Source: an uncultured Planctomycetota bacterium (GTDB lineage: Bacteria > Planctomycetota > Planctomycetia > Isosphaerales > Isosphaeraceae). Taken from it: a stretch of DNA of 64,000 bases. This document shows, piece after piece, positions 42,761-53,852 of this stretch. The notes under the pieces were generated by a model that saw only the letters and a list, made by a program, of their open reading frames with translations, was not told the DNA's origin and did not search any database. The stretch lies in assembly GCA_963845755.1 (NCBI GenBank), contig CAWJTV010000028.1, forward strand, positions 160,001 to 224,000. The letters are read 5' to 3'. How positions within the stretch are numbered: position 1 is the stretch's first letter; every line of letters starts with the position of its first letter. Position numbers and translations under genes: made by a program.

Positions 42761-43390
42761 ATGAGTGATCTCTCCGAGCCCATCCCAAATTGCAGGCAAC
42801 CTCAATCCTCCACCGCAACGTCTCGGAGCCTGATCGAACGGCTCAAGGCGGATGATGCGGAGGCGTGGGACCGGCTAATCGATCTTTACGGACCACTCGT
42901 GTACCGATGGTGTCGACGCTGGGAGCTTCGCGACCAGGATATCGCCGACATTCTCCAGGACGTGTTCCAGGCCGTGTCCGCTCACATCGCAATGTTCCGG
43001 AAAGAGCGAGTCGGTGACACGTTTCGTGGATGGCTCCGGACGATCGCGCGCAACAAGGTCCGGGACCACTTTCGCAGGATAGGCCGGGAGCCGGAAGGGG
43101 TCGGCGGGACCGACGCGCAAATCCGGCTCACAAGCCTGCCGGCAGCCCAGCTCGCTGAGGACCAGGATTCCCCCGAGGAGGCCGAGGAGCGGCTCCTGAT
43201 CGGTCGCGGCCTCGACCTGATCCGCAACGAGTTCGAGGCTCGCACCTGGAACGCATTCTGGGAGACCACCGTCGAGGGCCGAGATACCAAGGATGTCGCG
43301 ATCGAGCTGCGGATGAGTCCCGGCGCCGTGCGTGTGTCGAAGTCGCGGGTGCTCCGGCGGCTCCGGGAAGAACTGGGCGACACGCCGTAG
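42761..43390 (+). CDS. ECF sigma-70 factor
   Basis: TSRSLIERLK...AWDRLIDLYGPLV, DILQDVF, FRGWLRTIARN, AVRVSKSRVLRRLREE. Confidence 0.88.
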   Translation: MSDLSEPIPNCRQPQSSTATSRSLIERLKADDAEAWDRLIDLYGPLVYRWCRRWELRDQDIADILQDVFQAVSAHIAMFRKERVGDTFRGWLRTIARNKVRDHFRRIGREPEGVGGTDAQIRLTSLPAAQLAEDQDSPEEAEERLLIGRGLDLIRNEFEARTWNAFWETTVEGRDTKDVAIELRMSPGAVRVSKSRVLRRLREELGDTP

Positions 43391-43488
43391 CGCAAGCCAT
43401 CCCGGCGGGTCGGCGGTTTCATCGTCTGGAGCGCAGAAACCGCGATCTTCCTTCCGGTCGCAGTGAGATCCGCAAGACGCCGTTGCGG

Positions 43489-44715
43489 TCAATTGGGGCT
43501 CGTCCCCATCAGCGGCCTGTTCGGCCCGAAGCAGACCAGGGTGATGTCGTCGGCCTGGGCGCGGCCGCGCGCGAACTCCTGGATCTCGCGAAGGATCGCT
43601 GCGCCGACCGATTCGGGTCCGCCAACGGCCCCCTCGATGCACTTCAGGAGCCGGCGGTTCTCCTGGGTATCGTATAGCTCCTCCATCGGGTTGCGTGAAT
43701 CGGTCACACCGTCGGAATAGACGACCGCCACATCGCCGGGCTGGAGTTCGACATCATCCTGCTGGTAGAACGCCTCGGGCACGACGCCGATTGGAAAACC
43801 CCCGAGATACTTGCCCAGCTCTTCGACCGTCCCATCGGCCCGACGCAGCAGCGCGGGGGGATGCCCGGCCGAGCAAACCTGCAGCCGACCTGTGTCTGCA
43901 TGAAGCACCATCAAACTGAGGGTGATAAATCGCTCGTCAACGCCGGTTTCGCAGACTGCGGCGTTCAGCGCACGCGCGGCGCCGGCCGCCGAGTCCTCGG
44001 CCAGGAGGTTGAGGCGCGTGTCGCCGGAGAATTTCGCCATGATCAGTGCCGCCGCAATCCCTTTTCCCGAGACATCTCCCAGCGCGATCCCCAGACGATT
44101 CTCAGACAACGGCACGAAATCGTAGTAGTCACCGCCGACCTCATGGGCGGCCTGGTAGTAGGCGAAGAACTCGTAGCCGGGTCGCGCCGGCAAAGACCGC
44201 GGCAAGAGCTGGTGCTGCACCTGCTCGGCGAGCTTCAGCTCGCAAGCCAGCCGCTCATGCTCCAGCAGTAGTTCCTGGAACGCCGCGTCCTGGGGCAAGT
44301 TTGCCGACGGACCGGCGGCGGACCGGTCGTCCACAGTCGTCCGACCCGAACCCAGCCCGTCAGTCCACTCGCCGGTTCGGCCTTGGCTGGCTCCCGAGCG
44401 CGACCGGATCGCGCACGACTGGCTCATCGACCCGGAGGCCAGACCTCTCCAGGACCTCGTCAAATCGGTCGCCATGGCGCTCGGGACGAATCCCGTGGAA
44501 GTCGCCGGAGCCAGCATATTCAGGTTTGTGCAGGAATAGAATGCCATTGGTGCAACTCCCAGAAGCAGGGGTCGTCTCCGGTGGAAGGACCGCTGTCGCG
44601 ATGCAACCCATCGGCCGACACCTCTCCTGATGCAGCCGGCGTACCAATGGGCCAGGTCATCCTCGTTTCCGGCCGTCTCGAAGGGTTTCCCCAGGTCCTT
44701 CATGTGACCGGCCAC
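43489..44715 (-). CDS. PP2C/SpoIIE-family phosphatase (true start uncertain; conserved part ~43489-44300)
   Basis: VGGDYYD, GDVSGKG, SAGHPP, YSDGVTD, QADDITL. Confidence 0.75.
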   Translation of the reverse strand: MAGHMKDLGKPFETAGNEDDLAHWYAGCIRRGVGRWVASRQRSFHRRRPLLLGVAPMAFYSCTNLNMLAPATSTGFVPSAMATDLTRSWRGLASGSMSQSCAIRSRSGASQGRTGEWTDGLGSGRTTVDDRSAAGPSANLPQDAAFQELLLEHERLACELKLAEQVQHQLLPRSLPARPGYEFFAYYQAAHEVGGDYYDFVPLSENRLGIALGDVSGKGIAAALIMAKFSGDTRLNLLAEDSAAGAARALNAAVCETGVDERFITLSLMVLHADTGRLQVCSAGHPPALLRRADGTVEELGKYLGGFPIGVVPEAFYQQDDVELQPGDVAVVYSDGVTDSRNPMEELYDTQENRRLLKCIEGAVGGPESVGAAILREIQEFARGRAQADDITLVCFGPNRPLMGTSPN

Positions 44716-44882
44716 TGGTTCCTGGCCGAAGTGGCTCCATCCTGCCCGAAGCGGGTTACCGGCCGTCTGGCGCCGGATCGCTTCGACAACCGGTGTGGAT
44801 CGCCAAACTGCGGTGATTGCTCATCGCCAGAGAGGCGTCGGAACGGAAGATTGCCGTGCAGGTGACCGCCGGACTTGCCGAG

Positions 44883-45067
44883 TTGGGCGGTATTCCCCCG
44901 CCGATGGAGGGAATCCGCCCACTCGCGACCTCGATCCGGCCTTCCGTGTCGGGCCGAAATCGATTTCCCAGCGAGGCGATCGCGGCCCATCGACTCGCCC
45001 CAGAACGAGTTGTGTGGAGCGATCGGGCGGGGTTCCCTCCCGGGACCGGATTGGTACGGCGCTCGCG
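44883..45067 (+). promoter_or_regulatory. Paired enhancer-like motif plus weak -24/-12 element upstream of the RND gene
   Basis: TTGGGC-N6-CCCCC (44883) and GGAGG-N6-GCCCAC (44906); TGGTAC-N5-TCGC at 45052-45066. Confidence 0.45.
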
Positions 45068-45218
45068 TTACTGGGATCTCGAGAGGACGTGCCAGGTCCA
45101 AGCCGGCAGAAGACTCCGTCGCGCTAAGTCGAGGCGGGATCGCCGATGCGGTCTTTCGGGTCTGGAGTGTGGAGGCTGGCCGATTGCGGGCCTCCGGATC
45201 CAGGCCGTAGGTGTTCTG

Positions 45219-47840
45219 ATGAATCCGATCCATATTGCCCTACGCCGCCCCTATACCGTCATCGTTGCCATCCTCGGCATCGTGCTGGGAAGCATCTTCG
45301 CCATTCTGCGAATGCCGATCGACATCTTTCCCAACCTGAATCTCCCCGTCATCTACGTCATTCAGGCCTACGGAGGCATGGACCCATCACAGATGGAGGG
45401 GCTGATCACCAATTACTATGAGTATCACTTTCTCTACATCAGCGGCATCCATCACGTCGAGTCGCGGAACATCCAGAGCTCGGCTCTGATGAAGCTCTAC
45501 TTCCACCCCGGCACGGACATGGCCCAGGCTATGGCGGAAACGATCGCGTACGTCAACCGATCGCGATCGTTCATGCCGCCGGGCACCGTGCCGCCCGACG
45601 TGGTCCGGTTCGATACAGGTAGTGTCCCAGTCGGTTACCTGGTGCTCTCCAGCGAGACTCGGAGCATCGGCGAGATCCAGGATCTCGCACTGTTCCGCGT
45701 GCGGCCGATCTTCGCCAGCCTGCCGGGTGTGTCTGCGCCACCGCCTTTCGGCGGCAATCAGCGGACCCTGGTGGTGCGGGTGGATCCCGATCGACTGCGA
45801 TCCTACAACCTCTCTCCCGACGACGTCGTGACCGCCCTGAAAGCCGGTAATTCGATCAGCCCTTCCGGCAACGCCCGCATCAAGAACCAGATGCCGATCG
45901 TGCCGGTCAATTCCATGGTCCGGGCCGTCGGAGAACTGGGAAGCATTCCGCTCCGATTGGGCGAGAAGGTCTACCTGCGCGACATCGCCACGATCGAGGA
46001 CGGCACCGATATCCCCAGCGGACACACCTTGTTGAACGGCCGGCGCCGATCTTTATGTTGGTCACCAAACGAGCCGACGCGTCAACCCTCTCTGTCGTCA
46101 ACGAGGTCAAGGCGTCCCTTCCCGCAACGAAGGCCGTCTTGCCGCAAGATATCGACGTGTCGCTTTGAGTTCGACCAGTCCCTCTACGTGACCCGGTCCA
46201 TCGATGAAGTCGGCCGCGAGGGCCTGTTGGGGGCCTTACTCACCGGGTTGATGGTGCTCGTGTTCCTGCGCGACTGGCGCACGGTCATCATGGTGATTCT
46301 GAACATCCCCATCGCTCTGGTGGCGGCCCTGTTTGCCCTCTGGTTGACCGGCCAGACGATCAATCTGATGACCCTGGGCGGCCTGGCCCTGTCCGTGGGC
46401 ATCCTGGTGGATATGTCCACGGTCGAAGTCGAGAATATCCACACCCATCTGGACAAGGCTCCTTCTGTGGCGCGAGCTGCCCTGCGAAGCAACCAGGAGA
46501 CCGCCGTACCCCGATTATTGGCCATGCTCTGTGTCCTGGCGGTCTTCCTGCCGTCGTTCTTCATGGAAGGCGCCGCTCGCGAACTGTTCGTGCCGCTTTC
46601 GCTCTCGGTCGGCTTCGCCATGGTGGCCGCCTATTTCCTCTCCAGCAGCTTCGTTCCCGTCATGGCGGCCTGGATCTTGCGTTCTTCTCATGCCGATGCC
46701 CGGCGAATGGGCGATTCTCCTTCGCCCGGCTCCGCGCCGGATATGCCCTCGTCCTGAGCGCCCTGATGCCATGGCGATGGCTTCTGGTGGGCGTCTATCT
46801 CCTCGCGAGCGGCTTGGTGATCGTACTGGTGGGAAGCCGGCTGGGCCTGGAAATCTTCCCCAGGGTGAATGCCGGCGAGTTCCAGCTCCGGCTCCGCGCC
46901 CGGACGGCACCCGGCTCGAAGTCACCGAGGAACTTGCCGGCGAGGCGATGCGGTTGATCCGGGACGAGTTCTCCCAAGAGACCGGCAGGGACCAGGTGGC
47001 GATCTCCCTGGGCTACTGTGGACTGCACCCCACCAGCTACACGATAAATAATATGTACTTATGGATGCGTGGGCCGGAAGAAGCCATGCTCCGCGTTGGC
47101 TTGAAGAAAGGGAGCGGCCTGGAGATCGATGCGTTGCAGGAGCAGTTGCGCGAGGGATTGCCGCGCCGCCTCGAGGAATGGTTCCGCGATCGTCTCCGGC
47201 GCGAGGGATTACCGGCCGATGCAGTCGCCCAGAGGTTGGGCGCGCTGCGGTTCTCCTTCGAGCCGGCCGACATCGTCAACCAGATCATGAGCTTCGGGTC
47301 TCCGACCCCCATCGAGGTGGCCATCAGCGGACCCAATTTCGCCGACAACCAGTGCACGCGCGAAAAGTGTTCGCCGAGCTCGCCCGGATTCCCTCCTTGC
47401 GGGATCTGCAATTCGGCCAGTCGCTGGATTACCCGGCGGTGGCCGTGAAGATCGACCGTGAAAAAGCTGGCCTCAGTGGAGTGACGGCGGCGGACGTGGC
47501 GCGATCCCTGGTCTCGGCGACATCGTCCAGCCGGTTCGTGGAGCCCATCTTCTGGGCTGATCCGAGCACCGGCATAGGCTACTACACCCAGGTGGAGATT
47601 CCCCCTTACCGGATGAACTCGCCAGGGGAGATCGGCATGGTACCCCTCAAAGGCAATGCTGGAGGAAAACTGCTGGTCCGCGACGTCGCCGAGGTCCGTG
47701 AGGGGACCACGCCAGGCGAATATGACCGGTACAACATGCGACGGCTGGTGACCATCACGGCAAACATCCAGGGCGAGGACCTTGGACGAGTGATTCGCCG
47801 ATTACACCAGGCTCTGCGGCTGGCCGGCGAGCCGACTGCG
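45219..47840 (+). pseudogene. RND efflux permease (AcrB/CusA family), multiply frameshifted and C-terminally truncated
   Basis: [32 protein letters not shown]; the last TM bundle is missing. Confidence 0.75.
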
Positions 47841-49042
47841 CGGCTCGCTCCATTGGACTGTTGAGTAACCCGCGGATATCGAGACTTTCCGAAGAGACCC
47901 CGATCGTCCCGAGGATCTCCGGGTATGTCCAGAAGTGGAATGTTGACATCGGCGACCACGTGAAGAAAGGCGAGATCCTGGCCGTGCTGTGGATCCCGGA
48001 CATGGTGGAGGAGCTCAACCAGAGAAAGGTCGAAGTCCAGCAGGCTCGCAAGCGGTTCGAAGTCGCCGAGGCCCATCTGGCCGCGACCGCGGCCGAGGTG
48101 GAGGAAGCCAAGGCCGGCCTGCGCCGGGCCGAGGCCAACGCCAAGTATTGCCGGATGCAATACGATCGCATCACTCAGTTGACCGATATGGCCGTCATCA
48201 ACAAGCAGGTCAAGGAAGAAAATTGGAATCGTCTGGAGTCGGCCGAGGCGGGTGTGAACGAAGCGGAGGCCAAAGTGACCCGCACAGAGGCGAACCAAGC
48301 GGAGAGTGCCGCCGAGCGGATAAGGCCCAGGTTGAGATCGACGTGGCCAGGGCCGCCCAGGAGCGGATGCAGTCCGTCGTGGACTATGCCACCTTGTCGG
48401 CTCCCTTCGACGGAGTCGTCACCCGGAGAACCGTCAACACGGGAGATTATGTCAAGCCTCCGAGCGCCGCCGAGGAGCGTCCGCTCTATGTCGTCCAGCG
48501 CCGCGACGTGATGCGCGTCTTCGTGGAAGTGCCGGAAGCCGATGCCGTGTGGGTGAAAGCCGGGTCTCCCACGCGCATTCGCATCCCGATCCTGAAGGAC
48601 CGAACTTATTGCGGCGGCGTGAAACGCATGACGTATTCTCTGAAACCGCAATCACGAACCTTGCGCGGAGATCGATCTGCCGAATCCCGAAGACCACCTA
48701 CGGTCCGGCATGTACGCTCATGCCGCTATCCAGATCGAGCGGGCGAATGTCCTGACCTTGCCTGCCTCGGCGGTCGCCACTCAAGGTGACGTCAACGAAG
48801 GCTATCGCGACTACTGTTTCCTGCTGGAGGACGGCAAGCTCCAGCGCACGTGGATCGAGGTCGGATCGCGCGGTGATCGGCGGGTGCAGGTCTTGAGGAA
48901 GCAGGTTCACGGTGCCTGGCAGAATTTCAATGGTGAGGAACACGTCGTTCAGAGCGGGCTCGCATCCCTGGTCGATGGCCAGGAAGTCACCATTGTCCCA
49001 ATCCAGGAAGAGGCCGCGGGAACGTTGCACGCGGCCCAATGA
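47840..49042 (+). pseudogene. RND periplasmic adaptor subunit lacking its N-terminus
   Basis: In-frame TAA at 47866; ISGYV..WNVDIGD.VKKG, APFDGVVT, GMYA motifs across frames. Confidence 0.7.
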
Positions 49043-49079
49043 TTCTCGAGGGATCCGGACGGCTCCTCACCGAGCGCGG

Positions 49080-50143
49080 TCAACAAAAAGCCGTCGTGGT
49101 CACGACCGGTCGCGCCTCCGGCACCGCCGTGTAACGACGGGTCGGGTCGACCATGAACCCGATGCGTTGCGATCCCTCGATGCCGTCCGACGCGACGGCG
49201 ACGGCCTCCAGGGCGTGCTCTCCCTTGGCCAGTCGATCGCCGTGCAGCGGTCCCGACCAGTACCCGTCGCTGGACGGTTCCAGGTCGGCCCACGTCGCCT
49301 CGTCGATGCGGTAACGGACGGAAGACACCGGTGACTCGGACCAGGCGCGCACGACCACCCGGTCGGATCCGCTGACGATATGACGGGGGCCGGTCGCCAG
49401 GAGCCGCTCGCGCGGGTGCGTGATCAGCACAAGGGGGCCGCGGTCCTCGATCGACCGGTACATCACCGACAAATCGTCGCCGTCGAAGTGCAGAAGGGTA
49501 TAGCCCGGCGGCCCGCCCTCGGGGTCGCCGATCGAGCGGGTGGCGATCGCGAGATTCCGTCCGTCGTTAGCGACCTGCCAGTAATGGGTGTGTCCGCTGA
49601 GGATCGCCTCGACGCGCCGCGTCTGGACGATCGTGCGCCGACTCGTCGATGCCCGGCCCGTCGAAGTCTTCCCAGATCTGGTACGGGTAGTTGTGCTGGA
49701 AGAGTACCACGCGTTGGCCCGACGAGAGCGCCGAGTTCGACCTCGCCGCGGAACCAACCGATCTGGTTGGCCGAGAGCCCTACGGGCCGCGATTCCTGCG
49801 TGTTGAGCCGGATGAACGTGAACCCGCGCAGCGCGATCACGCCGTACGGATCGCCGACATGCTGGCGGAATCCCGGGGCCATCGGATCGTCCTTCACGTC
49901 GTGATCGCCAATCAGGGCGTAGTAAGGGACCTTCAATCGGCCCCGAATCTGGTCGAAGAGTCGGAACTGCGCCTCGGTCGCATCCTGGACGTTATCCCCG
50001 ATGAACTGGACGAAGTCCGGGCGGATGCGCTCGTTAACGTCGTCCACGACCCAGGAGGCGACCTGGACGTTCTCCCGGTCGGGCTCGGTCAGGTGCAAGT
50101 CTCCCGGAACGACGACCACGACCGGATCATCGTGATTGCTCAT
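49080..50143 (-). CDS. Calcineurin-like metallophosphoesterase with C-terminal Ig-like domain, frameshift near 49700
   Basis: GDLH, IGDN, GDHD, SGHTH. Confidence 0.75.
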
Positions 50144-51498
50144 GATGGACTGGTCTCCTTGGCTGGAAACAGAACGGAATCGGCTACACTGGGAATCGGC
50201 TGCGTGGAGAGCTTCACAGACGGGGTGGGTGTCGAGAGGAGGGTCTCGGGCATCGCGACCGCGAAGAAGACCAGGGCCGAGGCGGCGATCACCGCGAGCA
50301 TCAGAAACCCGGCGTCGAACCCCGCTGCATTGACGACGACCCCCGTCGCCAAGTTGCTCAGCGCCGCACCGATCCCCGTCGCGGTGGCCAGCGCACCTTG
50401 CATCAGGTTGAACCGGCCGGTGCCGCGGGTCAGGTCGGCAATAACCAGCACGCCGACGACGCCAAAGATCCCCGCTCCGATCCCGTCCAGAAGTTGCACG
50501 GCGACCAGGTAGCGTGGGTCGTTGCTGAAGGCGTAGAGGACGCCGCGGATCGGCAGCACCGCGAAGCCGATGAGGAACGTCCGTTTTCGTCCCCAGGATT
50601 CGGCGAGGCGGCTGGCCATGAGGGCTACGGGGATCATTACGAGTTGGGCCGCGATGATGGCCGCCGCCATGGGCGTGGCGGCGCCGCGGGTCGCGTCCAC
50701 GGTCATTTTCTGACCGACCATTGGGAGCATCGCCGCGTTGGCGAAGTGGAACAAGACCACCGAGGCCGCGAAGATCGCGATCCGGCGATCGGCTAGCAGC
50801 TCGCCGATGGTCGCGATCCGGGAGGCTTTGGCCTTCGAGAGGGTGCCGGCGTGGGCAAGATCCTCGTCGAACATCGGTGCGCCGCGGATCTCCGATGAAT
50901 CGGTCTCCCCGCCGCGTGCCCGCGCGGCGTCAATGTCCGCCCCGCGGATCAGCCAGGTGGCGACGATGCCTCCCAGGCACATCACCGCAGCCAGGACAAA
51001 GATCGCCCCATAACCGATCGAGTCGCCGATAAACCCGGCCAGGGCCGCGATGGTGACATTCCCCGTATGGTCGAGGGCCTGGTTGCGACCCATGCGCCGG
51101 GAGAGTCCGGCGTGACCGACCAGCCCCAGGCTGACAGCCGCCAGCGCCGGGGCGAAGACGGCACCGGCGGCTCCGATCATCGCCTGGGCCGAGAGGACGA
51201 TCGGTGGCGTGGGCCAGAAGACCATGGTTATCGCGCCCGCCGCGACCAGGGCAAAGGCCAGGGTGATGATCCTTCGCTTCTCGCGTACCACGTCGATGAG
51301 CGCACCGGCGGGCGTCTGGGCGACGAGCCCGGCGACGCTCATCACCGCCATCGCGACCCCGATCCGTGCGGGGTCCCAGCGATGGACCGAGGCCAGATAG
51401 ATGGCCAGGAACGGCCCCAGACCGCCCCGCACGTCTGCCAGGATCAGGTAAAGCGCATCGAGCGCGAACAGGCTCCGCCGCGATGGAGATTCACTCAT
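50140..51498 (-). CDS. MFS transporter
   Basis: 12-TM pattern, GLGPFLAIYL, LFHFANAAMLP, DLTRGTGRFN. Confidence 0.88.
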   Translation of the reverse strand: MSESPSRRSLFALDALYLILADVRGGLGPFLAIYLASVHRWDPARIGVAMAVMSVAGLVAQTPAGALIDVVREKRRIITLAFALVAAGAITMVFWPTPPIVLSAQAMIGAAGAVFAPALAAVSLGLVGHAGLSRRMGRNQALDHTGNVTIAALAGFIGDSIGYGAIFVLAAVMCLGGIVATWLIRGADIDAARARGGETDSSEIRGAPMFDEDLAHAGTLSKAKASRIATIGELLADRRIAIFAASVVLFHFANAAMLPMVGQKMTVDATRGAATPMAAAIIAAQLVMIPVALMASRLAESWGRKRTFLIGFAVLPIRGVLYAFSNDPRYLVAVQLLDGIGAGIFGVVGVLVIADLTRGTGRFNLMQGALATATGIGAALSNLATGVVVNAAGFDAGFLMLAVIAASALVFFAVAMPETLLSTPTPSVKLSTQPIPSVADSVLFPAKETSPS

Positions 51499-51706
51499 GC
51501 TTCGCCGTCCTTTCGACCCGGAAGACGAGCGATCGCGGGCGGATCATCGCGGCCTCGGACCCGGCCGCGTGCTTTCGATTGACGGCCTGGTGCCAGAATC
51601 GGGCAGCCGTCTTGAGCAGGATCCAGGCCGCGGCCATCGACAAGTAGCCGATGCCCAACCCCCGGACGAGCGGCAGAAATATCATGTCGAGGGCATTCAA
51701 GGTCAT
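51491..51706 (-). CDS. Small single-pass membrane protein
   Basis: 71 aa, GGAG RBS, one hydrophobic helix, overlaps the MFS start. Confidence 0.45.
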   Translation of the reverse strand: MTLNALDMIFLPLVRGLGIGYLSMAAAWILLKTAARFWHQAVNRKHAAGSEAAMIRPRSLVFRVERTAKHE

Positions 51707-51801
51707 GGGTTGCACTCCGTCGGTCGATGTCTTTCCCTCATCCCGGCCGCCACGTTGACGTCGGTCTCGCGACTCCGGCGGGGGTTGTTGAGCGTGTGAG
51801 A

Positions 51802-51943
51802 AGCACGGACTGTGCCACGGAGCGGAGATTCGCGCAGGAAGGCTCTGGACCACCACTTGCGAGAATCGGACGGCTGAAATCGGACCCCGGCCATCGAGGC
51901 TGTGGGCGAAGAAGCCCCGGCCCTATGGGGGAAGTCCGCTCGC
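51802..51943 (-). promoter_or_regulatory. sigma-54 promoter with paired enhancer-like motif
   Basis: TGGCAC-AGTCC-GTGCT (51817-51802); motifs at 51902-51918 and 51927-51943. Confidence 0.65.
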
Positions 51944-52224
51944 CCGGGGACCGGTGAACGAAAACCGTGGCCAGGTGCTTAGACGCACGCCCGCGGATCG
52001 AACGCGCCGGAGTCCTGGTCAGGGAAACGCGGGCTCGGGGAGTCTGCAGGACTCGCCGGCGCAGACGACCAAAGTACGCGGATTCGGGTAGCCAGGTCGC
52101 ATGAGGCATCATTAAATGATGGGAGGGAATAAGAATTGCCTCCTCGCGAGTTCGTCCGGACGCTTCCGGAGTTGGAAGTCCTGTGACCGCGTCAGGAGTT
52201 CGGTCGCGACCCGGGAGAAACACG

Positions 52225-53004
52225 ATGCCGTTGAACGAGATCCGGAGTGATCTGACACAACCCGATGAGGATCGATCGACATTGTCGAGGGCCCTGGGAA
52301 ACCGTCGGTCCGATAACCCGGAGCTGGCGACACGCTCGGACCTGGACGTCAGGGGGATCGGCCGTCGCGATCCCAAGGGCCAGGGCTGGCTGATTCGCGA
52401 TGTGAGCCTGAGCGTTACCTCCGGGGAACGGCTGGGCATCCTCGGCCCCACGGGAGCGGGGAAGAGCGTGTTGTTGAGATCGATGGCGCTGCTCGATCCC
52501 CTCGATATCGGCTCGATCCACTGGCAAGGCCGCGCGATCGCGGGCGATGCCGGCCCTGCATACCGAAGTCAGGTCATTTACCTCCATCAGCGGCCGGCCC
52601 TGCTCGAGGGGACCGTGGAGGACAACCTGCGATACCCCTTCTCGCTCAGGACGCATGTCGCAAAACGGTTTGACCGGGATCGGGTTGCGCACCTCCTGGA
52701 GGGCCTGGGCCGACCCACGACGTTCCTGGGAAAGCTCTGCCGCGATCTTTCGGGAGGCGAGGCCCAGATCGTCGCGCTGCTCCGGGCGATCCAGCTCGAC
52801 CCGGCCATGCTCCTGCTGGACGAGCCGACCGCCTCGCTCGATCCAGCCACGGCCAGAGACGTCGAGGGGCTGATCGACGGCTGGTTTGCGGAGGGAGCGC
52901 GAACGCGGTCGCTGGTCTGGGTCAGTCACGACAGGGAGCAGGCCCTCCGCGTCACGGACCGGAAATTACATGTGCGAGCCGGGCGCGTGGACTCGGAGGA
53001 ATGA
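52225..53004 (+). CDS. ABC ATP-binding protein (FetA/YbbL-like)
   Basis: GPTGAGKS, LSGGE, LLLDEPT, VSHD. Confidence 0.85.
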   Translation: MPLNEIRSDLTQPDEDRSTLSRALGNRRSDNPELATRSDLDVRGIGRRDPKGQGWLIRDVSLSVTSGERLGILGPTGAGKSVLLRSMALLDPLDIGSIHWQGRAIAGDAGPAYRSQVIYLHQRPALLEGTVEDNLRYPFSLRTHVAKRFDRDRVAHLLEGLGRPTTFLGKLCRDLSGGEAQIVALLRAIQLDPAMLLLDEPTASLDPATARDVEGLIDGWFAEGARTRSLVWVSHDREQALRVTDRKLHVRAGRVDSEE

Positions 53005-53005
53005 C

Positions 53006-53824
53006 ATGGCCAAGACATATATCGAACTCTCGTATTACCAGGTGGGGCTCGCGGCCCTGCTCATCCTGATCAATGGGGTCGTCTCGGTCCTGCTGAGGCT
53101 CGAGCTTGAACGCCGGCTTTTGCTCGCCGCGGCCTGCACGACGGTGCAGTTGATCCTGGTCGGGCTGGTCCTCGAGTGGGTGTTCCGGGTCGATCGCTGG
53201 TACGTCGTGCTGGGACTGATGCTCGTCATGACCCTCGTCGCGGGCGTGGCCGCGACTCAGAGGACCGCCGTGCGCTATCCCGGGATCTGGGCGCGGAGCC
53301 TGGCCTCCGTCTGGGGCGGCTCGTGGCTGGTCGCCGCGCTGGCGCTGACCGTCATCGTGCGGGTCGAGCCGTGGTACACGCCGCAGTACGCCATCCCCCT
53401 GCTCGGGATGATCCTGGGCAATACGCTCAACGGCGTCTCGCTGGGCCTCGACCGGCTCGGCGGCGAGCTCACCGCGCGTCGCCAACACGTCGAGGCGCTG
53501 CTCGCCCTCGGGGCAACCCGCTGGGAAGCCGCCCGCCCGATGATCCAGCAAGCCATCCGGACCGGGCTGATCCCGACGATCAACGCGATGATGGTCGTCG
53601 GGATCGTCAGTCTGCCGGGAATGATGACCGGACAGATCCTCGCCGGGGCCAGCCCCGTCGAGGCGGTGAAATACCAGATCGTCATCATGTTCCTGATCGC
53701 CTCGGCCGCTGCGCTCGGCACTGTCTCGGTCGTTCTGCTGAGCTATCGGCGGCTGTTCAACGAACACCACCAGTTCCTCGATGCGCTGATCACCGAACGA
53801 CGGTCGGCCCGGCAACGCGGGTGA
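53006..53824 (+). CDS. fetB: UPF0014 ABC permease (FetB/YbbM-like)
   Basis: PQYAIPLLGMILGN, LALGAT, VGIVSLPGMMTGQILAG..P..AV.YQ. Confidence 0.85.
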   Translation: MAKTYIELSYYQVGLAALLILINGVVSVLLRLELERRLLLAAACTTVQLILVGLVLEWVFRVDRWYVVLGLMLVMTLVAGVAATQRTAVRYPGIWARSLASVWGGSWLVAALALTVIVRVEPWYTPQYAIPLLGMILGNTLNGVSLGLDRLGGELTARRQHVEALLALGATRWEAARPMIQQAIRTGLIPTINAMMVVGIVSLPGMMTGQILAGASPVEAVKYQIVIMFLIASAAALGTVSVVLLSYRRLFNEHHQFLDALITERRSARQRG

Positions 53825-53852
53825 TGCCGGTGAAACGGCTGTTCTTGGTCGC

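Noticed and set aside
44300..45200. Additional coding region or N-terminal extensions of the phosphatase and RND ORFs
   Set aside because: No recognisable motifs in any frame; part of it is better explained as promoter/enhancer DNA
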